Numbered from the stretch's first letter, positions 1 to 8,552 are shown. The stretch is 36,699 nucleotides of DNA from Candidatus Pacearchaeota archaeon CG10_big_fil_rev_8_21_14_0_10_30_48 (GCA_002763155.1 PFCU01000048.1:1-36699), one strand, 5' to 3'. Numbers and translations are program-made. The notes: generated from the sequence alone by a model not told the origin.

Positions 1-390
1 CTTCCACATAATGAAAATTTTATTCTTACTCCTCAAACTGAAGAAGCTATATTTCTTTTAGGAGAAGCTACTCAAGAGTATTTTAAGAGATTTACAAAAA
101 ACAGACAAATTAGTTTTTATAATGTTAAACAATCAGAAAAAAATCAAACACTAGTTAATTATCTGTGGTTCGGTATTCTCCGTGGTGATCCTTATGTTGG
201 CGCTTGGGGCTGGGGCTTGGTCGACGTTGACAGGTCTTTCGGGGTGTTGGAAACTGTGCCGAAGGAACACGCGCCGGAAGATTTAGAGTCTTATATTTCT
301 AAGTTAAACCAAGAAAGAGATAATCAAATAGCTGAAGTTAACCAAAGGTATGAAACAGCGATGAGAACTTTGAAAGGCGAATTATTATAG
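1..390 (+). CDS. hypothetical protein, C-terminal part (5' end outside window)
   Basis: Frame +1 is open from nt 1 to TAG at 388-390 (...NYLWFGILRGDPYVGAWGWGLVDVDRSFGVLETVPKEHAPEDLESYISKLNQERDNQIAEVNQRYETAMRTLKGELL*). It is absent from the supplied track only because it has no start in the window. No family recognised. Confidence 0.45.
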   Translation, partial: LPHNENFILTPQTEEAIFLLGEATQEYFKRFTKNRQISFYNVKQSEKNQTLVNYLWFGILRGDPYVGAWGWGLVDVDRSFGVLETVPKEHAPEDLESYISKLNQERDNQIAEVNQRYETAMRTLKGELL

Positions 391-447
391 ATAATTATTT
401 AAAGATATTTTATGGTATCCTAGAATGGAAAAAAGAAACTTACCAAA

Positions 448-473
448 ATGTAAATTGCAGGAACAATTTACAT
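448..473. promoter_or_regulatory. perfect 10-bp inverted repeat ATGTAAATTG-N6-CAATTTACAT ending 1 nt before the ATG at 475
   Basis: Read directly. Arms are 448-457 and 464-473, which are exact reverse complements, with spacer CAGGAA. Candidate operator or start-occluding RNA hairpin. Confidence 0.4.
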
Positions 474-474
474 A

Positions 475-741
475 ATGGAAAAAGACATTGGAAAGATACC
501 AAAGAATGCTGAAACAGATATTTTAGTAAGAATTGATGATTTTGGTGGAAAGGTGGGAGTTACAATTAGAGAATTTGTTACAAGTGAGAAATATAAAGGA
601 TTTACAAAAGCTGGAACAAGAATTTCAGCGGAAAATTTTTCTGCTTTCAAAAAACTTATTAATTCAATTGATGAAAAGGAATTGAAATCCGCTAAATCAG
701 AAGTTACGGAAGAATCTTCTGAAGATGTTGAAGATTATTAA
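475..741 (+). CDS. PC4 / transcriptional coactivator p15-like ssDNA-binding protein with acidic tail
   Basis: DILVRIDDFGGKVGVTIREFVTSEKYKGFTKAGTRISAENFSAFKKLINSID follows the PC4 C-terminal domain pattern (..VRDFKGKVLIDIREYW....K.GRKGISL..EQW..L...I..ID). The C-terminal EESSEDVEDY acidic tail is SSB-like. Confidence 0.6.
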   Translation: MEKDIGKIPKNAETDILVRIDDFGGKVGVTIREFVTSEKYKGFTKAGTRISAENFSAFKKLINSIDEKELKSAKSEVTEESSEDVEDY

Positions 742-807
742 GAAGATTTTTAAAGTAGCTATTTATAATTTTTAAGAGGTGATAGCACCTCGGATGCTTA
801 ATTCTGA

Positions 808-1620
808 ATGAATAAAATGAACGAACAACAAGTAAAAGAACGTATTTTGGCTCATCTTAATTGGAATGAGAAAACTACAAGAGAAGAGTTGAGAGGATTG
901 GTAGCAAGTAGTTTGGGAATTGTTGATGGTGGTTCTGGACCAACTTTATTTAATAGATATCAATCTCATCATGGTGGAGATGTAGAAAATATTTTATTAG
1001 CCACAACCTATTTACCATTAAATCACCCAATTAATAAAGAAATTCCTAGACAATATTGGGAATTTCAAGAAGATATTTCAAGATTAAATTTCGGAAAATT
1101 AAGTGAAATAAATTTGAAGAAAAAAGTTGATGAGATTGGAAATGTTTCTCATAATATGGCTCGTGCTCTTTACGAAAGTTATTCTGATACTATTACTCCA
1201 GAAAGAGCAGAATCTTTACGAAGTGCATCTAGAAATATTGTAAATTATGGCGATAACTTTACAGTTAAGGAATTGGAATCCTTATATAATCAAGTAGCTA
1301 TTTCTCTTCATTTAGTGCGTATCTCAGATTATAAAGAATGTGGGTTTAAATTTGCAAAAGAAATATATAATATTGGCCGGAATTGGAAAGAAGATTTTAA
1401 ACATTTTTTCTCGCCTTTAATAATTAATAAATTGGCTCCAGATTATTTTGATACAGCTCTTGAATTTTATATTCAAGCTTATCAAGATTTGGATGGATTA
1501 AATAAGGATTTTTGTTTTGAATCAATTGCAAAGAATTTAAAAAAGACTGATAACAAAATTAATCCGAACAAAATTCCTCAAGGAAAGTTTAGAGAGGGAT
1601 TACAGAAATTGCTTTTGTGA
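808..1620 (+). CDS. hypothetical protein (270 aa)
   Basis: Long ORF in an AT-rich context with a TATA-like stretch upstream. No recognisable domain. Confidence 0.55.
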   Translation: MNKMNEQQVKERILAHLNWNEKTTREELRGLVASSLGIVDGGSGPTLFNRYQSHHGGDVENILLATTYLPLNHPINKEIPRQYWEFQEDISRLNFGKLSEINLKKKVDEIGNVSHNMARALYESYSDTITPERAESLRSASRNIVNYGDNFTVKELESLYNQVAISLHLVRISDYKECGFKFAKEIYNIGRNWKEDFKHFFSPLIINKLAPDYFDTALEFYIQAYQDLDGLNKDFCFESIAKNLKKTDNKINPNKIPQGKFREGLQKLLL

Positions 1621-1666
1621 TTATCTAAATACAAATATTTAAATAATTGTTGACATTATTTATTTT

Positions 1667-1963
1667 ATGGATAATAAAGAAAGATTAATGAAAGAAATAG
1701 AAACTCTTGAAATTAGAGCTAAATTTATTGGGAGAGGTTTTAAAAGTAGAAATTCTTTAACAGGAGAAGATACAAAATCTTATAGTGTTGTTCCAGAAAT
1801 ACTTCAACTTACTGATTCTGTTATTGGAGCTGATGGTTTAGCGATGAATATAGAAGAATGTGCTAGAAGAAGTAGATATAATAGGAATAGTAGTAAGATG
1901 ATTGGTCCAGCACCAAGAAAATATGGTCATCATGGTATTGCTATTCAATATAAAAATGAATAA
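1667..1963 (+). CDS. hypothetical protein (98 aa)
   Basis: ORF with an AT-rich TATA-like upstream region (TTTAAATAATT). No recognisable domain. Confidence 0.45.
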   Translation: MDNKERLMKEIETLEIRAKFIGRGFKSRNSLTGEDTKSYSVVPEILQLTDSVIGADGLAMNIEECARRSRYNRNSSKMIGPAPRKYGHHGIAIQYKNE

Positions 1964-2005
1964 AATTAAATGACCTGTTTCATAAATTATTAATTTTCAA
2001 AAAAT

Positions 2006-2296
2006 TTAATCTAATTCATATTTTTCCATTAATTTTATTGCTTGATGCCATTCTCTTATCGAAGGATAATCCCTATCATTATATGCTTTTTCAAATGAAT
2101 TAACTATTTGTTGTAAATTAGAATCTCTTTCTGTTTCATCAAGTTGATTAAGTTTGTCAAAAAGTTTTCTATAGACATGATTGAATCTTGATTTGATTTC
2201 TTCTCTAGTTCTATTATATCTTATTGAAATATTAATTGTTGCGAATGTTAGACTTCCAATTATAATTAAATTAATTAAATTCTCTTGATTTTCCAT
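2006..2296 (-). CDS. hypothetical small protein with N-terminal hydrophobic helix, last gene of the dph2 operon
   Basis: Its start ATG (2296-2294) shares one nucleotide with the dph2-C stop TAA (2298-2296), a TAATG junction. NLINLIIIGSLTFATINISI looks like a TM segment. Confidence 0.5.
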   Translation of the reverse strand: MENQENLINLIIIGSLTFATINISIRYNRTREEIKSRFNHVYRKLFDKLNQLDETERDSNLQQIVNSFEKAYNDRDYPSIREWHQAIKLMEKYELD

Positions 2297-3036
2297 TATC
2301 CAAATTCCTCCAAAGCCTTTGTTGGATTGAACGCTTCATGTAAATTAATTATTGGTTTATCTGTATTTACAATGTCATCAGTTCCAATTCGAGGACAGGC
2401 AGTGTTAACCCATGATTGAATAAATGTGTAATTTTCTAAATCGTTTAAATCTAATGAATTTCCTATGAAAATATAGGCTTTTTTACCTTCTTTTTCTAAT
2501 TGTTCTTTTAGTTTTTTTGCAGAATTAAAATATTGTTGTCCTGGTTTTATTGTGACTAAAATTCCAATAGTGGTTGAATTAACATACATTTTAAGATTTC
2601 TTTTCATTCGAGTTATTTGATTTTCAATAGAGTCTTTATCTAATTCTTCTATTGAATTTGACATTGGATTGAAAGTTGTAACTGGTTTTATTCTTTGAGT
2701 TTTTGCTTGTGCTAAGAGTAATGCTTTTGGATGAAATAAACCATCTCCGATGTATAAAATTAAATCAGATTCTTCAATTATTGAATTTTCGAAAGAATTT
2801 GAGTAACAATCGCAACCGAGGATTTGGATTTTATCCGAGGTTCTTTTTGCTTTAGTTGTGTTTACTTTAATTTCTAAAATTTCTAATTGATTAATAAATT
2901 CATCTAAATCTGTAAATTGTGTTGAAGCAAAGAGTGCGAGTGATTTTGTTTTGTGTTTTTTTAAATATTCTTTTAACTTTTCTGTTAATTCAATTTTTCC
3001 ATCCCATTTTGCGTCGATAAAAACTAGTTCTGTCAT
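2296..3036 (-). CDS. dph2: 2-(3-amino-3-carboxypropyl)histidine synthase Dph2, C-terminal fragment (domains 2-3)
   Basis: Collinear with Pyrococcus-type Dph2 from about residue 88 onward. QILGCDCYS and NTACPRIG correspond to the 2nd and 3rd 4Fe-4S cysteine ligands, and LYIGDGLFHP to the FIGSGIFHP motif. Confidence 0.85.
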   Translation of the reverse strand: MTELVFIDAKWDGKIELTEKLKEYLKKHKTKSLALFASTQFTDLDEFINQLEILEIKVNTTKAKRTSDKIQILGCDCYSNSFENSIIEESDLILYIGDGLFHPKALLLAQAKTQRIKPVTTFNPMSNSIEELDKDSIENQITRMKRNLKMYVNSTTIGILVTIKPGQQYFNSAKKLKEQLEKEGKKAYIFIGNSLDLNDLENYTFIQSWVNTACPRIGTDDIVNTDKPIINLHEAFNPTKALEEFG

Positions 3037-3037
3037 T

Positions 3038-3343
3038 TTAATGATTCCTTAACTTAACTAAACCTTTTATCATTTTGGCATGTAAGCTGTTCTCATGTTC
3101 ATACCTGTTTTTTTCATCAGATGCAAGAATTTCTCTTAAAATTACTTCTTTAGTTGCAATTGAGGTTTTAATAGTATCTTTACACAATTCTAATTCTACG
3201 TCATATCCCTTAATTTCTCTTTGATATAATTGAATACCATGTTCTAAAATTATTGCTTGTTTGTAACTTTTTAGGAAAGGAGTTTCATATTCTTTAATTG
3301 CCCATTCTCTTATCTCTGTTAATAATTTTTCTCTATCTATCAT
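3038..3343 (-). CDS. hypothetical 101-aa protein inserted between the two dph2 fragments
   Basis: The track starts this ORF at TTG 3361. I prefer ATG 3343-3341, because GGAGG lies 7 nt upstream and the ATG overlaps the dph2-N stop (TAATG). Its stop TAA at 3040-3038 is followed by 1 nt and then the dph2-C ATG. Helical-looking; no similarity to Dph2 or to inteins/homing endonucleases recognised. Confidence 0.55.
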   Translation of the reverse strand: MIDREKLLTEIREWAIKEYETPFLKSYKQAIILEHGIQLYQREIKGYDVELELCKDTIKTSIATKEVILREILASDEKNRYEHENSLHAKMIKGLVKLRNH

Positions 3344-3603
3344 TACCATTCCTCCTTCCAAAATCGGTTATGTCCAAATTGAATCATTAAATCGATTTTT
3401 AGAATGTCTAAGCCAAGAGGTAAATCGCAAGCGCCGAAGCAGTTTCCTAGAAAAATAAATGCTTTTGCTTCAGTGTTTTTTTCAATGTGTTCAATAATTT
3501 CATTGGCTTGGTTTTTTAGACCATCTGGTAATTGAATTAAAACTTGTTTAGATTCGCGAGATTTTATTTCTTCAATTACTTTGGGCAGTTCTAGTTTATA
3601 CAT
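3343..3603 (-). CDS. dph2: Dph2, N-terminal fragment (domain 1)
   Basis: MYKLELPKVIEEIKSRESKQVLIQLPDGLKNQANEI...GNCFGACDLP...MIQFGHNRF matches the Dph2 N-terminus (..KRVLIQSPEGLR...YGACD...LIHLGHSYM), including the first cluster cysteine (GAC). Confidence 0.8.
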   Translation of the reverse strand: MYKLELPKVIEEIKSRESKQVLIQLPDGLKNQANEIIEHIEKNTEAKAFIFLGNCFGACDLPLGLDILKIDLMIQFGHNRFWKEEW

Positions 3604-3673
3604 ATTTCCCTCACTTTTGACAGTTATTTAAAACTTCCGAAATGTTTATTATAGGATTTATTTCAATATTTAT

Positions 3674-4015
3674 ATGGAACGTTATTTAAATGATAAGATT
3701 ATACATGCTGGAGAAATGGGCCTTCAATTTTTGATGGAAGGAATGAAATATAAAGATAATAAAGATTTTAGTTCTGCAACTAGATCTTACGCTGTTTCTT
3801 GGGGCTTTAACTCTTATCAAGAAGATGCAGAGCTTATGGAAGTGTGTGATAAATTAATTGTGTCTTGTGGTGTTGATTCTGAAGACCTTCAATATTTTCA
3901 TGAATATGGAAGAGAAGTAGTAGATTATTGTTTTAATCTCGAGAATCTTGTTAATATTGTTTCTGGAAAACCTTTGGGAAAAAGGTTTAATCCTCCGAAA
4001 GGGATTTTTGATTAA
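3674..4015 (+). CDS. hypothetical protein (113 aa)
   Basis: ORF divergent from the dph2 operon. No domain recognised. Confidence 0.45.
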   Translation: MERYLNDKIIHAGEMGLQFLMEGMKYKDNKDFSSATRSYAVSWGFNSYQEDAELMEVCDKLIVSCGVDSEDLQYFHEYGREVVDYCFNLENLVNIVSGKPLGKRFNPPKGIFD

Positions 4016-4939
4016 TTAAATTCCTAAAATATTCTTCAATTCTTCAAGGGTTTTAGTTTGAGATAATTCTTTTCTTAATTTTGCGGCGCTTTGTTCTCCT
4101 TTTGTGAAAGAAATTGAATGGTTTTTTATTTGTTTAAAATTGACTTTGTGTTTTTTTGCTAATTTTAAATATTCTTTGAATTGATCAATTTTTGGTTTTG
4201 AATCGTATTTTCCTGTTTTTAGATAATCATTTATTTGTTTGAAAATATATGGATTTCCCATTGCTCCGCGAGCAATTAAAATGTAATCTACTCTTGATTC
4301 TTCTAAACGTTTTTTGAAATCTTCTGGAGTGAAAACATCTCCGTTTCCAATGACCGGAATTTTTACTGATTGTTTTACTTGTTTTATTATTTCCCAATCT
4401 GCTTGACCTGAATAGCCTTGTTTTTGTGTTCGGCCGTGAATAGCTATTGCTGAAGCGCCGTTTTTTTCAGCGATTTTGGCAACTTCAATTGCATTAGTGT
4501 TTTTTTCATCAATTCCTTTTCTGATTTTAATTGTAATTGGTTTATTAGTTGCTGAAGATAATTGTTTAACTAACTCTCCGATTTTTTTTGGAGATTTTAA
4601 TAACTCACTTCCTGCGCCTGTTTTGATAACTTTCCAGGCAGGACAGCCACAATTAATATCAATTATGTCGAAACTTTTTTCTAGGAATTTTGTTGCTTGA
4701 ATTAATTCTTCGACATAATTTCCAAATAATTGCACTTGCGATGGAGATTCAGATTTATCTATTGCCAGCATTTCTTTTGTTTTTTTGTCTTTTCTTACTA
4801 AAGCAGCGCTTGAAACAAATTCTGTACAAGTTAGTGCTGCGCCGTATTTTTTACATAGGGCTCTGAAAGCAACGTCGGTAACTCCTGCCATCGGAGAGAG
4901 AATTGCTTTGCCTTTTAGTTTTGGAAATTGTTGTTTCAT
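4016..4939 (-). CDS. dus: tRNA-dihydrouridine synthase (Dus family, FMN TIM barrel)
   Basis: ILSPMAGVTDVAFRALCKKYGAALTCTEFVSS, DINCGCP, IKIR.G, AIHGRT, IGNGDV are canonical Dus motifs. Confidence 0.85.
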   Translation of the reverse strand: MKQQFPKLKGKAILSPMAGVTDVAFRALCKKYGAALTCTEFVSSAALVRKDKKTKEMLAIDKSESPSQVQLFGNYVEELIQATKFLEKSFDIIDINCGCPAWKVIKTGAGSELLKSPKKIGELVKQLSSATNKPITIKIRKGIDEKNTNAIEVAKIAEKNGASAIAIHGRTQKQGYSGQADWEIIKQVKQSVKIPVIGNGDVFTPEDFKKRLEESRVDYILIARGAMGNPYIFKQINDYLKTGKYDSKPKIDQFKEYLKLAKKHKVNFKQIKNHSISFTKGEQSAAKLRKELSQTKTLEELKNILGI

Positions 4940-4989
4940 AATAATTAAAGAATGCGAAGATTTAAATAACTTTTATTAGAGATGATAAA

Positions 4990-5328
4990 ATGGAAAATGT
5001 AAGATTATACTGGACTAATGAAGGAGTCATAGTTACCGATAATAAAAATGATGTTTTGTATAGTGAGAAGCATTCTCCTTGGGCCGGTATTCCTTTGGGT
5101 TCTCATCTTGGAAATGGAAGAATTGGACCTCTAAAAACTGAAAATAATTATCCAATTGAACATCATAAAATGTTTCGTGGTTCTGGAGGATTATGTCATA
5201 ATTTTATAATTGAAGATTTTGAGTTGGTTAGAAGGGGTGATTTTTATGAAGCTTATAAATATTTAATTGAAAATAAACGTGGTTTTCGAGATATTGTCGA
5301 AGCTATTGATTTTATTGAAGAGAAATAG
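4990..5328 (+). CDS. hypothetical protein (112 aa)
   Basis: ORF only. No domain recognised. Confidence 0.45.
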   Translation: MENVRLYWTNEGVIVTDNKNDVLYSEKHSPWAGIPLGSHLGNGRIGPLKTENNYPIEHHKMFRGSGGLCHNFIIEDFELVRRGDFYEAYKYLIENKRGFRDIVEAIDFIEEK

Positions 5329-5362
5329 TCAACTATATAAAATTCAAATAAGTTATTTTTTT

Positions 5363-5740
5363 ATGAGAAAAGAGGATTTTAAGAAAAAACTTTCTTCTGA
5401 AGAATATAATGTCCTTAGAGAAAAAGGAACTGAGAGGCCGTTTAATTCTGAATTGTTGAAAGAGAAACGGAAGGGAAATTTTGTTTGTAAGGCTTGTGGA
5501 AATGTGATTTTTGATTCGAAAACGAAGTTTGATTCTGGAACAGGTTGGCCGAGCTTTTATGATGCTCGAAAAAATAGTGTTAAGATTAAAAATGATTTTT
5601 CTATGGGAATTCCTCGGAAAGAAGTTATTTGTTTAAAATGTGGTTCGCATCTTGGACATGTTTTTGATGATGGTCCGAAAGAAAAAACAGGGAAGAGATA
5701 TTGCATTAATGGTGTTGCGTTAGGGTTTAAGAAAAATTAA
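5363..5740 (+). CDS. msrB: peptide-methionine (R)-S-oxide reductase
   Basis: EKGTERPF, CKACGNVIF, GTGWPSF, CLKCGSHLGHVFDDGP, RYCING. The true start is taken at ATG 5363, because the track ORF begins at a TTG at 5267 that overlaps the upstream gene. Confidence 0.9.
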   Translation: MRKEDFKKKLSSEEYNVLREKGTERPFNSELLKEKRKGNFVCKACGNVIFDSKTKFDSGTGWPSFYDARKNSVKIKNDFSMGIPRKEVICLKCGSHLGHVFDDGPKEKTGKRYCINGVALGFKKN

Positions 5741-6171
5741 TTAGTTTTTGTTTCAACTTGCTCATATAAATCATAAAAATCAGATTGATTAAATCTTCTT
5801 ATTGCCTCTGAAGTAAAAGAATTTCCTAAATCTCCTAAAATTCTATGCGACACTGTTTCAGTTAAACTATCAAAATATTCGTAAGCGTGTTGAATCTGGC
5901 CAGATGTTAATTGTCCTTTTCTTCCGATATTTCTCATAGCCTCTTTAATTCCTTCAACAAATAAAGAAGTATATTCTTCTGGATTAACAGATTCAAATTT
6001 AAAATCTTCAAGTCTTGAAGCAAAATACTCTGCGAAACCGGCATAAATAGGATGATGGTTATTTCTTTGAAATTCTTCTACACTAACTCCTTCAAGAGAA
6101 TGATATCTTATCTCTCTTAATTCATCTATTAATCTTTCTTTTGGTAAGGCTGTTTCGTGATAATTTTCCAT
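5737..6171 (-). CDS. hypothetical protein (144 aa)
   Basis: ORF; ATG 6171 is preferred over the GTG 6240 extension, which overlaps the upstream gene. No domain recognised. Confidence 0.45.
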   Translation of the reverse strand: MENYHETALPKERLIDELREIRYHSLEGVSVEEFQRNNHHPIYAGFAEYFASRLEDFKFESVNPEEYTSLFVEGIKEAMRNIGRKGQLTSGQIQHAYEYFDSLTETVSHRILGDLGNSFTSEAIRRFNQSDFYDLYEQVETKTN

Positions 6172-6214
6172 TGGATAATTATTGGAGAATTCAACTATAT
6201 AAATTTTTAGATAA

Positions 6215-6805
6215 TTAACTAAAACTTTTCCCGCAACCACATTCTTTTGTTGCGTTTGGGTTTAAAAATTTGAAACCAGATTCTTTTAAAGAATCTATAA
6301 AATCAATTGTTGTTCCGCTAAGATATTCCATACTTTCTCTATCGACAGAAATTTCTAAATTATTTTGTTTGAATTTTAGGTCTTCTTTCGGGGCATTTTC
6401 GATAAGTTCTAAATCATAAGTATATCCTGAACAACCGCCTGCTAAGACACTAATTCGTAAGGTATTTTTCTCTTTACCTTCTGATTTAATTATTTCATTA
6501 ATTTTTTTAATGGCTTTATCTGAAAGTTTTAGTGAGAAGTTTTTGATTTCTTTTATTGCTTTCTTTTCTTGTTTTGAGTTTATTGCTTTGTTTAAATCTG
6601 AAACTAATTTATTTAATTCTTTTTCTGAAAATCCGTGACCTAAAACTCCTTGTTCCAAGGTTTCAAATCCAGATGCTCCACAACCAATACAGTGAATTCC
6701 GAATTCCATCATTATTTCTGAAAGCAGGTGTGCTTTTTCAGGATGTTCTGCTAAAATCTCCGCAATTACCATTTCTTTATTTATTATTTGTAATGTTTGT
6801 TTCAT
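6215..6805 (-). CDS. DUF1858 (redox-disulfide CxxC domain) fused to an IscA/HesB-type Fe-S cluster insertion domain
   Basis: N-terminal part: IAEILAEHPEKAHLLSEIMMEFGIHCIGCGASGFETLEQG (DUF1858 pattern). C-terminal part: LRISVLAGGCSGYTYDLEL...NPNATKECGCGKSFS (HesB/IscA signature C-x-GCG). ATG 6805 is preferred over TTG 6817. Confidence 0.75.
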   Translation of the reverse strand: MKQTLQIINKEMVIAEILAEHPEKAHLLSEIMMEFGIHCIGCGASGFETLEQGVLGHGFSEKELNKLVSDLNKAINSKQEKKAIKEIKNFSLKLSDKAIKKINEIIKSEGKEKNTLRISVLAGGCSGYTYDLELIENAPKEDLKFKQNNLEISVDRESMEYLSGTTIDFIDSLKESGFKFLNPNATKECGCGKSFS

Positions 6806-6844
6806 AGAATTATACAATTATTTGAGATTAAAAACTTAACTATT

Positions 6845-7285
6845 CTAATCCCTTAAAATATCTAATAATTTTTCGAGAACAACTGCCCCAGAAAGGTTTG
6901 GTTTTTTAGGTAAAAATACAGGTCTTTCTTCTCCAATTATATTTTTATAAGCTTTATTTAAAGCCGGTTTTAATTCTTCTTTTTCTAATATAGGAATATA
7001 ATCTTCTGTAATCCCAATATGAGAAATAAATTCATAAAGTCTTTTGTTAGAGATTCTTCCAGATTTAAGAGGTTTAGCAAAATCCTTTAATTTAGGAATT
7101 TCCCTTACAATTTCTTTCATTTCATCTGGAGAAAATTTAAAATATTCTTTCCTGACTTTTCCTAAAACATAATCTCTAAATCTTTTTGGAGTTCGATGTT
7201 CTTTTTGAACAATTTCTAATGCATAGGCTCGTAGTTCATCTTCACTAAGCCCATTTCTTGCAGAGGGTATAAAAGATATTCCCAT
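6845..7285 (-). CDS. hypothetical protein (146 aa)
   Basis: ORF co-oriented within the sod-to-IscA array. No domain recognised. Confidence 0.45.
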   Translation of the reverse strand: MGISFIPSARNGLSEDELRAYALEIVQKEHRTPKRFRDYVLGKVRKEYFKFSPDEMKEIVREIPKLKDFAKPLKSGRISNKRLYEFISHIGITEDYIPILEKEELKPALNKAYKNIIGEERPVFLPKKPNLSGAVVLEKLLDILRD

Positions 7286-7334
7286 TATTAACTATGATGT
7301 TTAATTTGATTTAAATAATTATAGATAATATAGA

Positions 7335-7640
7335 TTAATTAGTTCTCGCAATTTGATCTTGATTAATATATTTTTTTATGTTATCCCATATTCGATTGTT
7401 TATTTCTTCCTCAAATAATTTTTCTTCTTCAGTCATCCATGATTCTCCTAAAGCTATAATGAATAAGGCGTAATTTTCATTAAATTTTTGTCCTTTGTCA
7501 ATTTCTATTAAAAGATCAGTTAACCTTCGAATATCTGGTTGAGTGTAACTTCCTTTGATTCCTTCAGCTAATTCTTGAATTTCACTTTCTGAAGAACTAA
7601 TAATTCTAGAATAAATTTCTCGAGGGTTTGAAAGGTTCAT
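7335..7640 (-). CDS. hypothetical protein (101 aa)
   Basis: Starts 1 nt after the SOD stop codon, so it is probably co-transcribed. No domain recognised. Confidence 0.45.
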   Translation of the reverse strand: MNLSNPREIYSRIISSSESEIQELAEGIKGSYTQPDIRRLTDLLIEIDKGQKFNENYALFIIALGESWMTEEEKLFEEEINNRIWDNIKKYINQDQIARTN

Positions 7641-7641
7641 T

Positions 7642-8256
7642 TTAATTTCCTTTAAATAATTCTTCGACTTTTTTCCAATTTATCACCTTGAAAAAAGCAT
7701 TGATATAATCTATTCGTTTGTTTTGGTATTTTAAGTAATAAGCATGTTCCCAAACATCTAAACCTAAAATTGGGATGTTTCCGTCCATAATTGGAGAGTC
7801 TTGGTTTGGAGTTGAAGTTATTTCTAATTTTCTTTTATGATTTTTTATTAACCATGCCCAACCGCTTCCAAATCTCGTTAAAGCTATATTTGAAAATTTT
7901 TCCTTGAATTCTTCGAAAGAACCAAATGTTTTGTTAATTTCTTCAGATAGTTCTCCTTCTGGCTTGTTTTCTTTTCCTTCTGGGTTTGAAATCATTAATT
8001 CCCAGAATAAAGAATGATTTGCGTGACCTCCCCCATTGTTAATTATTGCTGTGCGTTTATCTTCTGGAAAGGAATTAATATTTGATAAAATTTCTTTTAG
8101 GGGTTTATTTTCTAAATCTGTTCTATTTAACGCTGCATTTAATTTGTCAACATAACCTTGATGGTGTTTTGAATGGTGGATTTCCATTGTTTTAGCATCG
8201 ATATAAGGTTCTAAAGCAAAATATTCATAAGGGAGTTTAGGTAATGTAAAAGTCAT
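7642..8256 (-). CDS. sod: Fe/Mn superoxide dismutase
   Basis: [59 protein letters not shown]. Confidence 0.95.
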   Translation of the reverse strand: MTFTLPKLPYEYFALEPYIDAKTMEIHHSKHHQGYVDKLNAALNRTDLENKPLKEILSNINSFPEDKRTAIINNGGGHANHSLFWELMISNPEGKENKPEGELSEEINKTFGSFEEFKEKFSNIALTRFGSGWAWLIKNHKRKLEITSTPNQDSPIMDGNIPILGLDVWEHAYYLKYQNKRIDYINAFFKVINWKKVEELFKGN

Positions 8257-8300
8257 AAATATTATTGATTAATGAGATATTTAAGTTTAACGATGGCGAT

Positions 8301-8552
8301 TTATTTTTTGTAATCTCTGAAATCAACCCAATCTAAAGTTCCATCTTGATTTTCATAACGCACTGCCCAAATTTTTCCTTTTTCAACCCCTTTAGAAGTT
8401 TGAGCTTTATAATTTCCATTCTCATCACCCCTTTGAAGAATTATTCTTATTCTTTCTTAATCAAATATATTTGTAATTGTGCTTGCTGTTTCTATATCTT
8501 TTTTATAACCTATGACTAAAATGTCCCTTGGAGGATTATCTTGTTTTTTCAT
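8301..8552 (-). pseudogene. 83-codon reading frame interrupted by one in-frame TAA (possible decayed gene)
   Basis: Hand translation gives MKKQDNPPRDILVIGYKKDIETASTITNIFD-TAA(8459-8457)-ERIRIILQRGDENGNYKAQTSKGVEKGKIWAVRYENQDGTLDWVDFRDYKK-TAA(8303-8301). The downstream part has no Met or alternative start. It lies in a 480-nt stretch with no called ORF. Confidence 0.3.

Noticed and set aside
197-280. Locally GC-rich patch with GGCGC ... GCGCC ends about 77 nt apart, which suggested a tRNA
   Set aside because: No T-loop (GTTCRA) or D-arm consensus on either strand, and the acceptor pairing breaks after 5 bp. The patch lies inside an open reading frame encoding a Gly/Trp-rich segment (GDPYVGAWGWGLVDVDRSFG).
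776-791. Hairpin GAGGTG-ATAG-CACCTC between the PC4-like gene and the 270-aa ORF, as terminator or SD-sequestering structure
   Set aside because: The stem is only 6 bp with no following T-run, and the GAGGTG is about 27 nt from the next ATG, too far to act as its SD. The structure is real, but no function is supportable.
3038-3361. Intein or bulge-helix-bulge intron as the explanation for the interruption of dph2
   Set aside because: The insert is in a different frame and is bounded by real stop codons (TAA at 3345-3343 and 3040-3038). It has its own SD and ATG. It lacks an N-terminal Cys/Ser and a C-terminal His-Asn followed by Cys/Ser/Thr, and at ~100 aa it is smaller than mini-inteins. 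I see no helix-bulge-helix pairing at the junctions by eye.
5267-5362. N-terminal 32-codon extension of msrB in the ORF track
   Set aside because: It starts at a TTG inside the preceding gene, and the extension is hydrophobic nonsense with no MsrB counterpart. ATG 5363 gives a normal-length MsrB.
8457-8459. Stop-codon reassignment (TAA read as sense) in this organism
   Set aside because: TAA terminates many well-identified genes here at the expected protein ends (for example dph2-C, the PC4-like gene and the DUF378 gene). A single in-frame TAA is better explained by pseudogenisation or sequencing error.
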